A stretch of DNA of 64,000 nt from positions 96,001 to 160,000 of the forward strand of contig CAVVMW010000030.1 in NCBI GenBank assembly GCA_963749495.1. Direction: 5' to 3'. A program made the translations under genes and the position numbers. The stretch comes from an uncultured bacterium. Its GTDB lineage: Bacteria > Verrucomicrobiota > Verrucomicrobiia > Limisphaerales > UBA8199. Numbering within the stretch: position 1 is the stretch's first letter; each line of letters opens with the position of its first letter. The notes below the pieces were generated by a model. It did no database searches. It saw nothing but the letters and a program-made list of their open reading frames with translations, and was not told the DNA's origin. Of the stretch, positions 9,360-19,507 are shown in pieces.

Positions 9360-9582
9360 CAACCCGGAGGGTTGGCAGAAGGTAGCCGGGGGTCGCCATC
9401 CGGCGGCGACCCCCGGTTGAGGGCGTTGGTGGCGTTGCACCCCGGCGGGGTGCCAGAAGAACACACGTGCGCGGTGGGCGCCTTCTGGCATCCCTCCGGG
9501 ATGCAATCCCTTGCCGTCGGGGCGCCGGGGGTCTCGCTACGCTTCGACCCCCGGCTACCTTCTGCCATCCCTCCGGGATGAG
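9360..9582. repeat. Nested palindromic REP-like element, family C (ATCCCGGAGGGAT / GTAGCCGGGGGTC...GACCCCCGGCTAC)
   Basis: Outer and inner short hairpins plus a GTAG-headed arm; homologous copy at 62870-63091. Confidence 0.85.
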
Positions 9583-9644
9583 AAATGTGCTTTCAGCCCG
9601 AGGTTGGGATGCGGCCGGCCTGCCCTCTTGGGAGCCAAAGTTGG

Positions 9645-10340
9645 TCACGGCAGCCACTGGATCTTCCATTGGCCGTCGATGGATTCCAGGCGGAAGTGCT
9701 CGGGGGCCAGGCCAGGCGCTACCACGACCCGGAGCTCAACATGGCCCTCGGACGATTCCTCCTTGCCAACCACAGCCATTCCCAGAACGGCCTCCATCTC
9801 CTGGAAGTACTCCTCGATGCTCTGAGAGGAGTCCGTGAGCCGTGTCTGGAACCACTCGGCTGCTTTGGGGGTGAGGGCCTCCAGGAGACGGGCGCTGTCT
9901 TTATGGTGCAGCGCCCAGAGGAAGGACTGCATCGTGTCCTCAGGCGTGTTGTACCCGGCCAGTTGCGCGTTGGCCCTTCGCACGTAGCCGGGAGGCAGCG
10001 CCCGGCCCGGGACGTTGTTCGTGCCCGCCCCGGCGAGCTCGAGGCGAAGCCGCTCATTTTCCGCGCGGGCCTGCTCCAGCTCCTGCTTCAGGGCCGTCAA
10101 ACGCCTGACCTCGTTCCGCAGGCGCAACAATTCGGGCGAGACCGACGCCGTGTCAGTCCGGCCGCTCGCAACACTTTGGCCTGCTGCCGGCGTCCCTGAG
10201 GCCTCCGGCCCGGCGTACTGCTGCGCCAGCCGCCCCACCTCCGCGCGCAACTCGCCGAGGCGACACCTCTGAACTATCGCTGCTGAGACCGCCGCCAGGC
10301 AAACCACGCCCAGGACGCCAATGAGAAATACCCGGCTCAT
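9645..10340 (-). CDS. Membrane-anchored hypothetical protein with coiled coil
   Basis: N-terminal hydrophobic segment (MSRVFLIGVLGVVCL), ELLRLRNEVRRL coiled coil; third gene of the ECF operon. Confidence 0.7.
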   Translation of the reverse strand: MSRVFLIGVLGVVCLAAVSAAIVQRCRLGELRAEVGRLAQQYAGPEASGTPAAGQSVASGRTDTASVSPELLRLRNEVRRLTALKQELEQARAENERLRLELAGAGTNNVPGRALPPGYVRRANAQLAGYNTPEDTMQSFLWALHHKDSARLLEALTPKAAEWFQTRLTDSSQSIEEYFQEMEAVLGMAVVGKEESSEGHVELRVVVAPGLAPEHFRLESIDGQWKIQWLP

Positions 10341-10359
10341 CTTTCGACTTGGCGATTGG

Positions 10360-11311
10360 TTATTGGCTCGGCGCGGGCGGCGCCTTTCCTTGGGCGGGGG
10401 CGTTGGCGGACGAGCTCTTGCGCTTGAAGTAAACCTTGCCATCCTTCGCCGCCAGCAATTCCGGATGCTCTTTGGCGACGCCGACCACAACGCTGCTATC
10501 GGCCATAGTTATGCTGCCGTGAATCGGGCAGCGGAACACAACGCGGTCTGGTTCCTCCATGCATTTGCCGGACCCGCCCAGGTATTCATAAGAGCAATTG
10601 GCGGAGCTGTACGATGACCAACCGGCCGCCGCCTGGCGTCCCGTATCCGAGGGGCAGATCAGCGTGATTGGGGCGGAAATCTCGTTGCTCATGCTCAGGA
10701 CGTTCTGGCGGCAGAAGGTCTTCGGAATCCTGCGCCCACACCCTCACCGAGATGCCGAGTTGCCTCAGGTTATTGGCACACCGCTGCCTTGCGTCCCTAT
10801 CCCGGGCCGCGGCCAGAGCGGCGTCATCCTCGGAAGTGAGCGTGGACGCGCCGGCGAGTTGGCCGCGGAGCTTTTCGTTTTCGGCTCGCAACGGCTGTAG
10901 CCGCGCCACTTCGTCTGTCAGCCGGCGCACTAGTTCCTGCAGCCGGGCGATCTCTGCGGCCTCGGAAGCGCCGCCCGTGGCAGGGGACGGCGCCGACCCT
11001 TGGGCCGCGGCGGGGGCCAGCCCGGCAGCGGTTTGCGAAAGGCTCTGGACCGTCTGTTTGAGGTCGCGGATCTCCATCTGCTCGACGATGACCACCACGG
11101 CGCAGGCCATGGAAACCGCCGCCGGGGCCAATGCCGGCCACCAGCGCCCCAGCCACGAGCCGGAACTCGAGGCCGACGCCCAGAGCGGAGCCTTGGAGCG
11201 GACGGCACCGAGTTGAATCTGGGCCACCAATCGGTCTCTGAGACCGGCGGGCGGCTTTGGCGCCGGAGCCCGGCGCAACAGACCTTCAATTTCCTGTTCG
11301 GACGCATTCAT
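10360..11311 (-). CDS. Putative anti-sigma factor: TM, coiled coil and pseudopilin-like periplasmic domain (frameshift at ~10705)
   Basis: Two ORFs (10586-11311, 10360-10692) join if one base is removed (LLPP/NVLSMSNEI); lies directly after the ECF sigma gene. Confidence 0.65.
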
Positions 11312-11345
11312 AGATTTCAGTACACTTGGGCATTCATCTGGCTCC

Positions 11346-11903
11346 TCAACACGTTCGGACGGCTTCTGCGGCCTGCAGCCGCTTGTGCAGGTGGTCCAGG
11401 GCCTGCCGCAGGCGGTATTTCACGGTGCTGACGGCCACCCCCATCGCCCCGGCTGTTTCTTCCAACGTCAGGCCCTGGTAGTAGTGAAGGTGGACGCTCG
11501 CGCGCAGGTCCGGTGCGAGCCGCTCGACCGAGTCATAGAGCGTGGCGGCCAGGTCGGCACGGGCGGCCATTTCATCGGGCGAGGCCCCGGCAGCCGGGCG
11601 CGCCGACCACCAGTCATTGGAGCGCGACTCGGTCCGGCGGTCCGCCCGCCGCCAGTCCACGTACACATGGTATGCAATGCCATGAATCCAGGAGGCGACC
11701 GAAGACCTCCCGGCAAAGGACGGCAGCGCCTGCCAGACCCGGGTGAACGTGCGCTGGGTCAGGTCTGCGGCGTCGGCCTCGTTCGTCGCCAGGCGCCGCA
11801 GAAAGGCATACACACGCTCGTAGAAATGTTCGATCAGCCCCACCGCCGCCCTCTCGTCCCCCGCGCGGGCAGCCTCGACCAGTTGATTGACGCTGTTGTC
11901 CAT
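11346..11903 (-). CDS. ECF-type RNA polymerase sigma factor
   Basis: DAADLTQRTF, SWIHGIA and region 4 (LHYYQGLTLEETAGAMGVAVSTVKYRL). Confidence 0.93.
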   Translation of the reverse strand: MDNSVNQLVEAARAGDERAAVGLIEHFYERVYAFLRRLATNEADAADLTQRTFTRVWQALPSFAGRSSVASWIHGIAYHVYVDWRRADRRTESRSNDWWSARPAAGASPDEMAARADLAATLYDSVERLAPDLRASVHLHYYQGLTLEETAGAMGVAVSTVKYRLRQALDHLHKRLQAAEAVRTC

Positions 11904-12042
11904 CGATTGCCACCTGTTTAGTCGGATCAGGCGGGGAAAGTGGACAAGAAAATCATCGGGTCGCGCTCCAGAGTGTAGGACAAAAATCTTCACAAGATGG
12001 ATTGTGCTGGGCTTTCGTCACAAAAAGTGTCCAGGAGTCCAG

Positions 12043-12244
12043 ATACGAACTGGCACGGACCCGATGGATGCCGCCGCATCAGGCCGCTTCTTTGTTTCCT
12101 TCGTTTCCTTCTGTTCTGTTCCTGTGCCCAGCCGGCGGGACGCAGGAAAACAACAGAAGGAAACAAAGGAAACGAAGGATCGAAGGCCCGGATCATCTCT
12201 GAGGTGTGCGATCCGGAGGTCCAAGAAGAACTCTGTGTCACACC
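12043..12244. repeat. ~200-bp dispersed element with a TTTCCTTCGTTTCCTTCTGTT / AACAGAAGGAAAC hairpin
   Basis: Reverse-complement homolog at 44602-44802. Confidence 0.85.
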
Positions 12245-12329
12245 CGACAAGCACGAAGGGCGCATCGCGCTCCGATGCGCCCTTCTCAGTTCCGGCGCGA
12301 TCCGCGCCGCATCTCCGCCGCCGGGTCAA

Positions 12330-12506
12330 TCAACGCTGGACTGTCTGCCATCCCGGCTCGGAGAACGTGGCGCGGTCGAGCGCGGCCGACAGGTCGTTGG
12401 TCATGAGCCTGCCGGCCAGACCGATGGCGAGGAGCGCCAGGCACGCCATGGCGAAGAAGATCGTGCGTGCCTTGAGGGGTTTCACATTGCGGAACGTGAT
12501 TTTCAT
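12330..12506 (-). CDS. Small single-TM protein (58 aa)
   Basis: MKITFRNVKPLKARTIFFAMACLALLAIGLAG...: basic N-terminus followed by a hydrophobic helix. Confidence 0.45.
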   Translation of the reverse strand: MKITFRNVKPLKARTIFFAMACLALLAIGLAGRLMTNDLSAALDRATFSEPGWQTVQR

Positions 12507-12689
12507 AATGTTCGATTTCAATTTCGATTGTTCGGTTTTGTGTTCTGGCCGCCCCTTGGTCCATCGAGCCCGGCGCGGCCATTCTCAGAACACCGCAGCA
12601 TGCGAAAAAGTTTCAGCAGGGTCACTGGTGGCGTATCTCATCATTGTCGAGGCCGGCCGAACCGAGCGATGGGAGCGCGCGTCCGAACT

Positions 12690-12841
12690 CGCGAAGCGTT
12701 TTGGACTGCGGCAGTCCTCTGCCGCTTTTCAGACCCTGGGGACACGAAAGCGCCAGAGGACTGGCGCAGTCCAAAACCTTGCGGGCTTCCCGACGCCGCG
12801 CTGCAATTGCCTGGCTTGCCGAGGGCCGACAAAGGTGAGAT
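12690..12841. repeat. REP-like hairpin (TTTTGGACTGCGGCAGTCC) extending into the left arm of a ~96-bp inverted repeat
   Basis: 12746-12841 is a near-exact reverse complement of 14383-14479. Confidence 0.88.
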
Positions 12842-12848
12842 ACACCCG

Positions 12849-14312
12849 TCACCGGTTGTGCGGGATCTTGATGGTGCTGCCGCCGATGAACTCGCGGAGC
12901 AGGGCGTCGCCGGGGATGATGCCACATCGCTCGACCTGTTCGCGGGTGAGCCCTTCGATGGATTGGAGCAACCGCTGAACGCGCTCGTAGCGGATGCGGG
13001 CGTCGAGGAAGCCGCGATAGGGCTCGAACTCCTCGGGGCGCGGCAGGCAGCCTCCCGGTCCGCAAAGCAGCGGTTTGAGGGCGGGCAGGTCGAAGGGGAA
13101 CCCGCCGTTGATGACGTGATCGGCCAGGCCGCTCAGGGGGATGATGCTGAAGAGTTCGCCCGCGCGCACGTAATGCCAATGGAGGAGGGTGAGCAAGGGG
13201 CTGTGGTTGCGATGCCGGGCGTCGCGCAGCATGCGCCTGAGCAGCCGCACGTCCATGAACCGGGTCAGGCGCTCGCCGCTGCCGTCGCCCTCGTAAAGGA
13301 CGTTCTGGGTCTCGATATAGAGCCGGAACTGGGCGGAAGCCTCGATGCCCTCGGTGATGGGCGGGTAAAGCCCGTGCAGGCAGTCCAGCAACAGGACCTG
13401 GCCGGGCTTGAGCTGAATGGGTTTGGTGGCCACCCGGCGGCCCTCGTGGAAGCTATAGACCGGCTTGTCGACGCCCTCCCCGGCCAGCAGGGCCTTGAGG
13501 TGCGCGTTGAGCAGTTGGATGTCCATGGCCTCGGGCGTCTCGTAGTTGCGGTCGTTGATCCAATCGGTGGGATGCTCGACCAGCGACCAGAAGTAGTCGT
13601 CCAGGTTGAGCATGAGGAAGCGCAGGCCGTGGCGCCGGAGCCGCTGGGTGAGTTTGACGGTGGTGGTGGTCTTGCCGGAGGAGCTGGGGCCGGACACCCA
13701 AAGCACGCGCAGAGGGTCGCCCTGGCCCAGCCGGGCCATGACCTTGTCGGCGGCCTGGTCCAGCGACTGCTCGTAGGCCGCCAGCGATTGATCCACCAGC
13801 GCCTTGATCTTCCCGCGGCGCACGATTTCGTTGAGGCCGGCCACGGTGTCGCACCCGAGTTGACGGTTTCGCTCCAGGACCTTTGCCATCTGCGCGCGCG
13901 GCAGGCCGTTGCCCACGAACTGGTCCGGCGTGATCGCCCCTTCGCGCAGCCAGTGGCGACCCCACCGATAGCACGCATAAGCGTCCGCCGTGTTCTGGAA
14001 ACCATAGCTGCGCAGCACGTGCAGCACGTCGTCTTGAATCATCTCGATCCTCGGCGGGAAATTGGCCGTCAGATGGTGCGCGTCCGAATTGAGGCAGACC
14101 ACCACGGTGTCCGCCAGAAACCGGGCAATCTCCTCGTCTGCCCCGCCGCAGGTCTCGAAGACGCGCTCGTTGATGCCGGGCAACAGGTCGTGGTGAAAGC
14201 CGCCCAGCGATTGTGCCGCGCGCAGGATCGCCCGGTGGATGCGGCTCTCATCGAACCGCGCCAGCGCACGGTTGCGCTTTTGCACTTTGACGATGCGGTT
14301 CTGGACTGCCAT
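12849..14312 (-). CDS. ATP-cone domain + uridine/phosphoribulokinase-family nucleoside kinase
   Basis: N-terminal VQKRN..FDESRIHRAI (ATP-cone); P-loop GPSSSGKTT; LDDYF, LLRRMLRD. Confidence 0.82.
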   Translation of the reverse strand: MAVQNRIVKVQKRNRALARFDESRIHRAILRAAQSLGGFHHDLLPGINERVFETCGGADEEIARFLADTVVVCLNSDAHHLTANFPPRIEMIQDDVLHVLRSYGFQNTADAYACYRWGRHWLREGAITPDQFVGNGLPRAQMAKVLERNRQLGCDTVAGLNEIVRRGKIKALVDQSLAAYEQSLDQAADKVMARLGQGDPLRVLWVSGPSSSGKTTTTVKLTQRLRRHGLRFLMLNLDDYFWSLVEHPTDWINDRNYETPEAMDIQLLNAHLKALLAGEGVDKPVYSFHEGRRVATKPIQLKPGQVLLLDCLHGLYPPITEGIEASAQFRLYIETQNVLYEGDGSGERLTRFMDVRLLRRMLRDARHRNHSPLLTLLHWHYVRAGELFSIIPLSGLADHVINGGFPFDLPALKPLLCGPGGCLPRPEEFEPYRGFLDARIRYERVQRLLQSIEGLTREQVERCGIIPGDALLREFIGGSTIKIPHNR

Positions 14313-14382
14313 GGCGGGCCATTATACACCCGGGCCCAAAAATCCGAAATTGGAAATTTGATTTCCTGTTGGGCGCGGGCGC

Positions 14383-14479
14383 ATCTCACCTTGGTCGGCC
14401 CTCGGCAAGCCAGGCAATTGGAGCGTGGCGTCGGGAAGCCCGCAAGGTTTTGGACTGCGGCAGTCCTCTGGCGCTTTTC
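14383..14479. repeat. Right arm of the inverted repeat flanking the kinase gene
   Basis: Reverse complement of 12746-12841 with only a few mismatches. Confidence 0.88.
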
Positions 14480-14518
14480 TGGGAGGTGTAAACCCGTCCG
14501 GTTACTTGTCAACCGAGG

Positions 14519-17500
14519 TTAGCGGTTGGCCAGAAGCTTCCACACCCGGAGCGCCTCGGTGGCGCCCCAGGCCTGGGCGTCGCAGCCGCGTTGGGTGTGG
14601 GGGGCGTCGCCGTCGAGGACCTCGGGGATGTGGCCCAGGCACCCCTCGGCCATGAGCCGTTCGAGGCTGCCGAGATAGGCGCGGGCGGCGGCCACAGCCG
14701 GCGAGGAAAAGTCCCAGGCGCGGGCCAGGGCCTCGCAGAAGACCGGGAAGGTCCAGGTCCAGGCGGTGCCGTTGTGATAGGCAGGCTTCCGCCCGGTATC
14801 TTCGTCGCCTTCGTAACGGGCCCAGTAGGGTTCGGCGGGGTTATTGAGGAGGCGTCCGTCCTTGCCATAGATGGGCAGCGGGACGGTGACCGGGAGGGGC
14901 GCCAGTGAGCGCAGGCCGCCGGGCACCACCAGGTACCGCCGGGCGGCCTCGACGCAACGTTGGGCTCGCGCGCCCCCGGCCAACCCCAGGCTCGCCAGGA
15001 ACAGGCAGTTGCTGCGCAAAGCGTCGTCCACCACAGCGTCCGCGGCGGATTGGCCGGGCCTGGCGGCGAGCAGGTCCGCATAATAGCCGCGTTCTTCGAG
15101 CCAATAGAATCTCTCCGCCGCGTCGAGGGCCCGCTCGGCCAGTGCTTTCCAGCCCTCGCCCCAGGCGCGGCCGCCCAGCCGGTCCAGTTGGCGGAGCAGG
15201 CGAATCCAGAGGGCCTGGATCTCGACCGGGTAACCTTCGCGCGGCGTGCCGGCGGGGTAATTGGTATCCATCCAGGTGAAGTGTTTTGGGCTCCAGATAA
15301 GGCCGGAAGCCGGGTCCATGCGAATGCCGTTGGGCGTGCCCTTGGCATAATGGAGTGCGATGTCCCAGAGGACCTCCGCGATGGTTGTGTCGCCGGGACC
15401 GGCCTTGATTTGATAGAAATCGCTGCCGGCCAGTTCGGCAATTTCCTCGCACACGACACCGAACCAGAGCGGTGCGTCCGAGGTGTCGCGGTTCGAGGCA
15501 TCATCGCCGAAGATGGTGTTCGGCAGCGTGCCGTCCTTTTCGAAGCGGGCGAAGGTGAGGGTGATTTGGCGGACCTCATCCACCATGCCGGCGGCCAGCA
15601 GCCCGCGGGCGCAGATAAAGGTGTCGCGCCCCCAATCCAAAAACCAGGGGTAGCCGGCGATGATGGTCTTGCCCTGGCCGCGCCGGACGACAAAGTCGCG
15701 GGCGGCGCGGAGCAATTGCTGGCCAAAGGCATCGTCGGTGGGAAACGGCGCCTGGGCCAGGGGTGTGCGGACGCGGAACCTCGAACTCTCCAGCTCGTCC
15801 TGGTCCGGGTCGGCCGGCTCGGCCGTCACCACGAGCGTGGCCTTGCCGCCTTTGGGCAAGGGGAGATCGAACCAGCCCGGGCTGAAGGCGTCGCCGCTGC
15901 CGGTCTGGCCCCGGCTCTGCTCGAGCGGGTGGGGGATGTTCTGGCTCCACTCCGGCTCGGGGTGATAGGCGCCCGCATCGGCGAAGACGCGCAACTGGCG
16001 ATCGGCGGCCGGTGTGAAGGCAAAGCCCGTCTTGGCGCGGGGGGCCGCGGGCGCGCCGGCCGGTTCATCAAAAACGGGATCGAGGTGTGAGCTCAAGTGG
16101 TCTTCAGCGCTGCCGTTGCGCCGAGTCTCCCAGTGAAAGTTGCGGTCCTCGATGTCGAGCCGCACGGTCAAGCGGACCTCGGCTTGGGCCGGGAGTTGCT
16201 TTCCGGTGGCTTGGGCGGCCGTGGGGCGGCTGAAGTGGAAGACGGTGGTGTTGCGTTCCTGCAGCATATCGGCGGTCATCTGGATTTCCACCGTGCGTCC
16301 GTCGCCGGCGTTGGCGATGAATTGCCAGACGGCGGGCGGACCCGGCTGGAAAGCGGCCAGGCTCCTGAAATCCAGCGGCGAGATGAAGCCGTCGGCATTG
16401 ACCCAGACGCGGATGCGCTTGGCCAGGACGTGGCGGTCCACCGGCAGGCTCGGGTGCAGGTTGGCGCCCAGGACGCAGTCGTACTTTGAATTGACGCGGC
16501 CCAGGTCCAGGCACAGGCGCGCCATGCCGCCGCGGCCGTTGGTGAGCAGGACGAGGTCAGTCGGACGAAGCGGCCGGGGGGCCTCCCGCGTGCTCTGGGT
16601 GGACGGGCGGCGGGCGCGGGTCACCGGGTCCAGTTCGCAAACCCGAAGGCCCAGGGCCGAAGCGTCCGGGGCGGACGCCAGGAAACGGACGGCGCCCTCG
16701 ATGTGCTGCTCGCTCCCCGCGCCAGTGTAGCGTTCGATGAGCAAGGTGGCGTCGGCTGCGTCCTGGCGCGGGGCCAGGCAGGCGATATGGCCATCGCGGA
16801 CCGGGATGGATTCGACATTGCGCGGGGGAGCGTCGTCATGGCAGTCCAGCGCGGCGCGAAATGGCACGGCATCGCGCAGGAGCAGCCAATGAGCGGGCGG
16901 CGCCAGTGTGATGCGGCGGAGGTCCGCTGGCTGCCAGGTCACCACGCGCGGATAGAAGGTCTGTTCGGGCGCAGCGGCGCCCGCAGAGGCGCATTCGGAG
17001 ACTGGCCCAACCGCCGGGAGCCGGACCGGAGTGCGCCCGTCCCCGGGCGCAACGACGTCCGGATCCAGGGCAGCGGTCAAACACTCCAGCGCGCTTGCCC
17101 GCTCCGTCGGTGCTGCGCCCGGGGACGGGCGCACTCCGTGGGCAGCGCCGGAGATCGCCTGCGCAATTTCCTCGGCCTGTGCTCCAATGCCGGCCAGGTG
17201 CGAGACGAGTGCCAGAAATCGCTCCGGCGAGCGATCCACGGCCGCGGCCAAGGTGCGCCAATCCAGTTCGCCGACGGTCTCCAGCGGCAGGACCTGGTTC
17301 AGGGCGCTCAACCCAAATGCCGCTCGGGCCCGGGCCTGGCGATAGTCGTTGCCGTGCAGGCCACGCGGCAGGGGGGTGGGGGCCAGGCAAAAGGCGGCGC
17401 CTGGCGGCAGCGTCAGGACGAGCGCGCCCTGGCCGCCCGGTTTGATTTGCGGCGCGGCCTGGCCGAGGAGATCCAGCCACTGGGGCAAGGGCAGGCAGGG

Positions 17501-19224
17501 GGTAGGTCTGGCCGGTCTGGCCGGTTCGACTGGTTCGGCAGCTTGCCCAGGCACCGGGTGCGTGAGGGCCGCCTGGGCCAGGGCCAGGCCATGGGCGTGG
17601 TCTGGATCGGTATTGACCAGCACGAGCACGCGGTCTTCGGCTTCGGCCGATTGCCGGAGCAAGGCATAGATGGGCGAATCGGTCGCGCTAAGCCGGGTCT
17701 GGCTTGCCCCATCGAAGAAGCAGGGGTGCTCGGCCAGGAGCGAGTTGAGCCTGGCCAGTTCGGGCACCAGGTTCACTGGGTTGTCCCAGGCCATGCCGGA
17801 GCAGCCGTGGACGCGAATCTTTTCGGCGGCCAGCCATTCCACGCCGCAGGTGAACCCGAAGCCGCCGTTCACGCTGGCCAGGGCGCACAGCCGGTTGCGG
17901 AGCAACGACCAGGCGCGGCCCTTGGCGGCGAGCCGCTCGTTATCGTGCGTCTCGCTGTAGTGGACCAGCAGGCCCACGCGCCGGCTCTGGCGGAAGCTGT
18001 GGTCGAGGTAGCCCGCCACCTGCTGGCCGGAGTAGTTTTGGAACAACTCCGAGTAGGCCCACTGCATGCCCGGCCTCGGTCAGCAGCGACTCGGTCGCTT
18101 CCCAGGTCCCTCCCAATCCCTCGAGGCAGGAAGAGGGTCTCCGGGTACTCCTGCTGGACGCGGGCGATAATGTACTGCCATGCGGCAACCGGCACCTTGT
18201 AGCCGGCGTCGCAACGAAACCCGTCCACGCCGCGCCGGCACCAGGTCAACAGCATCTCCGCCAGCAGGTCCCATAGGGCGACGTTGTCGTGTTTGAGTTC
18301 GACCAGGTCCTCCCAGGTTACCCCCCAGGCGCCCGGGCTGGCAAACCGCCCGTCGGGCTGGCGCAGGAACCACTCGGGATGGTTCTCCTGCAGGACCGAA
18401 CCCCAGCCGGTGTGGTTAATGACGATGTCCAGGAGGACGCGTCCGCCGCGAAGATGGACGGCATAGGTGAGCTCGCGGAACTGGTCGATGCCGGTTGTGC
18501 GCCGGTCAAAGACCACCAGGGCTGGATCGATGGCCGTGAGGTCCAGCGCGGCATAGGGACTGCCGAACCGGCCAAAGCGGGCGGAGGTGGCGGGGGTCGG
18601 ATTGACCGGCAACAGGTGCAGGATGCGGCAGCCCAGCGTCCCCATAATGTGCGGCAGGCATGCGATGAGATCGCGCAGCTTGCCCGAGGGCGGGATGACC
18701 GTGAAACCGCCCTGATCCAGGACGGCAAGGCGGCGCTCGAGCTCGGGGCCGGCGGTGCTGAGGGCGGCGCGGGTGCTGCCGAACATCCTCGGGAAGGCGC
18801 AGTAGATCGTATTGCCGGCGCGATACCTGTCCGGGTGTACCGCAATGCTCACATCCGGCCCCGGCGGCCAGTGTTGCCAGCCACGGGCATCGACCAGGTA
18901 GCCCTTGGCCTTGAAACAGCCCGCCTCCGCCAGCGGCACCTCAAGGAACCAGCCCCCATCCTGTTCTCTCATCGGAATGTCGCGCCAGGAAGCCTCGGCC
19001 AGCGGCAGGCCCCGCGTGTGGGCCTGGACGATTTCACGGCGCAGCATCTCCGCGCGCCCCAGGTTGGTCCGCAGCAGCGCGCGCCAGCCCCCCTTCACTC
19101 CCCGGCCGTCGCCTGCCTTGAGGACGAACCCGACACGGTCGCCGACGAACCGCTGCAGCCGGTCGCCGGGCGCGGGCGTCATGATTGGAACCAGCGGTTG
19201 CGCTTTCCAAAATCCAAAGGCCAT
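14519..19224 (-). CDS. Glycogen debranching enzyme: GH13-like domain fused to amylo-alpha-1,6-glucosidase (two frameshifts at ~18070-18130)
   Basis: DIVINHTGW, DGFRCDAG, ETHDN, AGYPWFLDWGRDT, TWMD, YHNGTAW and GCDAQAWG motifs; three frames join as ETLFL/LEGLGG..TEAG/MQWAYSEL; start uncertain (19224 or 19182). Confidence 0.85.
16988..17137. repeat. Palindromic element (GGAGTGCGCCCGTCCCCGGGCG...CGCCCGGGGACGGGCGCACTCC) inserted in frame
   Basis: Close homolog of the intergenic copy at 59872-60021. Confidence 0.9.
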
Positions 19225-19306
19225 CTCAATGCTCTCGCTGCACCTAGCATCGGCAACTCCCGCCCGGAATGCAACCCACAGTGCAAAAATGAGACAGGCG
19301 TGTCTC

Positions 19307-19418
19307 AAAGGCTAAAGGCTAAAGGCTAAAGGCTAAAGGACAGAAGCGGAGAGAATGCTCAGGCCCTCGGTTTATGTAATTCAGCCTTTAGCCCTCAGCC
19401 TTTAGCCTTCAGCCTTTT
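19307..19418. repeat. Heptamer tandem-repeat hairpin (AAAGGCT)4 ... (AGCCTTY)~5
   Basis: Seen directly between divergent genes. Confidence 0.85.
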
Positions 19419-19507
19419 CCGGGCTTGGCCAGGATATTGCTGCCTCCGAGGCGTTGCGGGTGTTATTGCGCGGGAGCCGGGAGCTGCGAGCCCGCCACCA
19501 CCGCCTT

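Noticed and set aside
9263..9838. Short ORFs overlapping the REP-like elements
   Set aside because: They are translations of palindromic repeats with no independent coding evidence
11997..14522. 841-aa plus-strand ORF
   Set aside because: Runs through repeats and antisense to the kinase gene; no protein-like features
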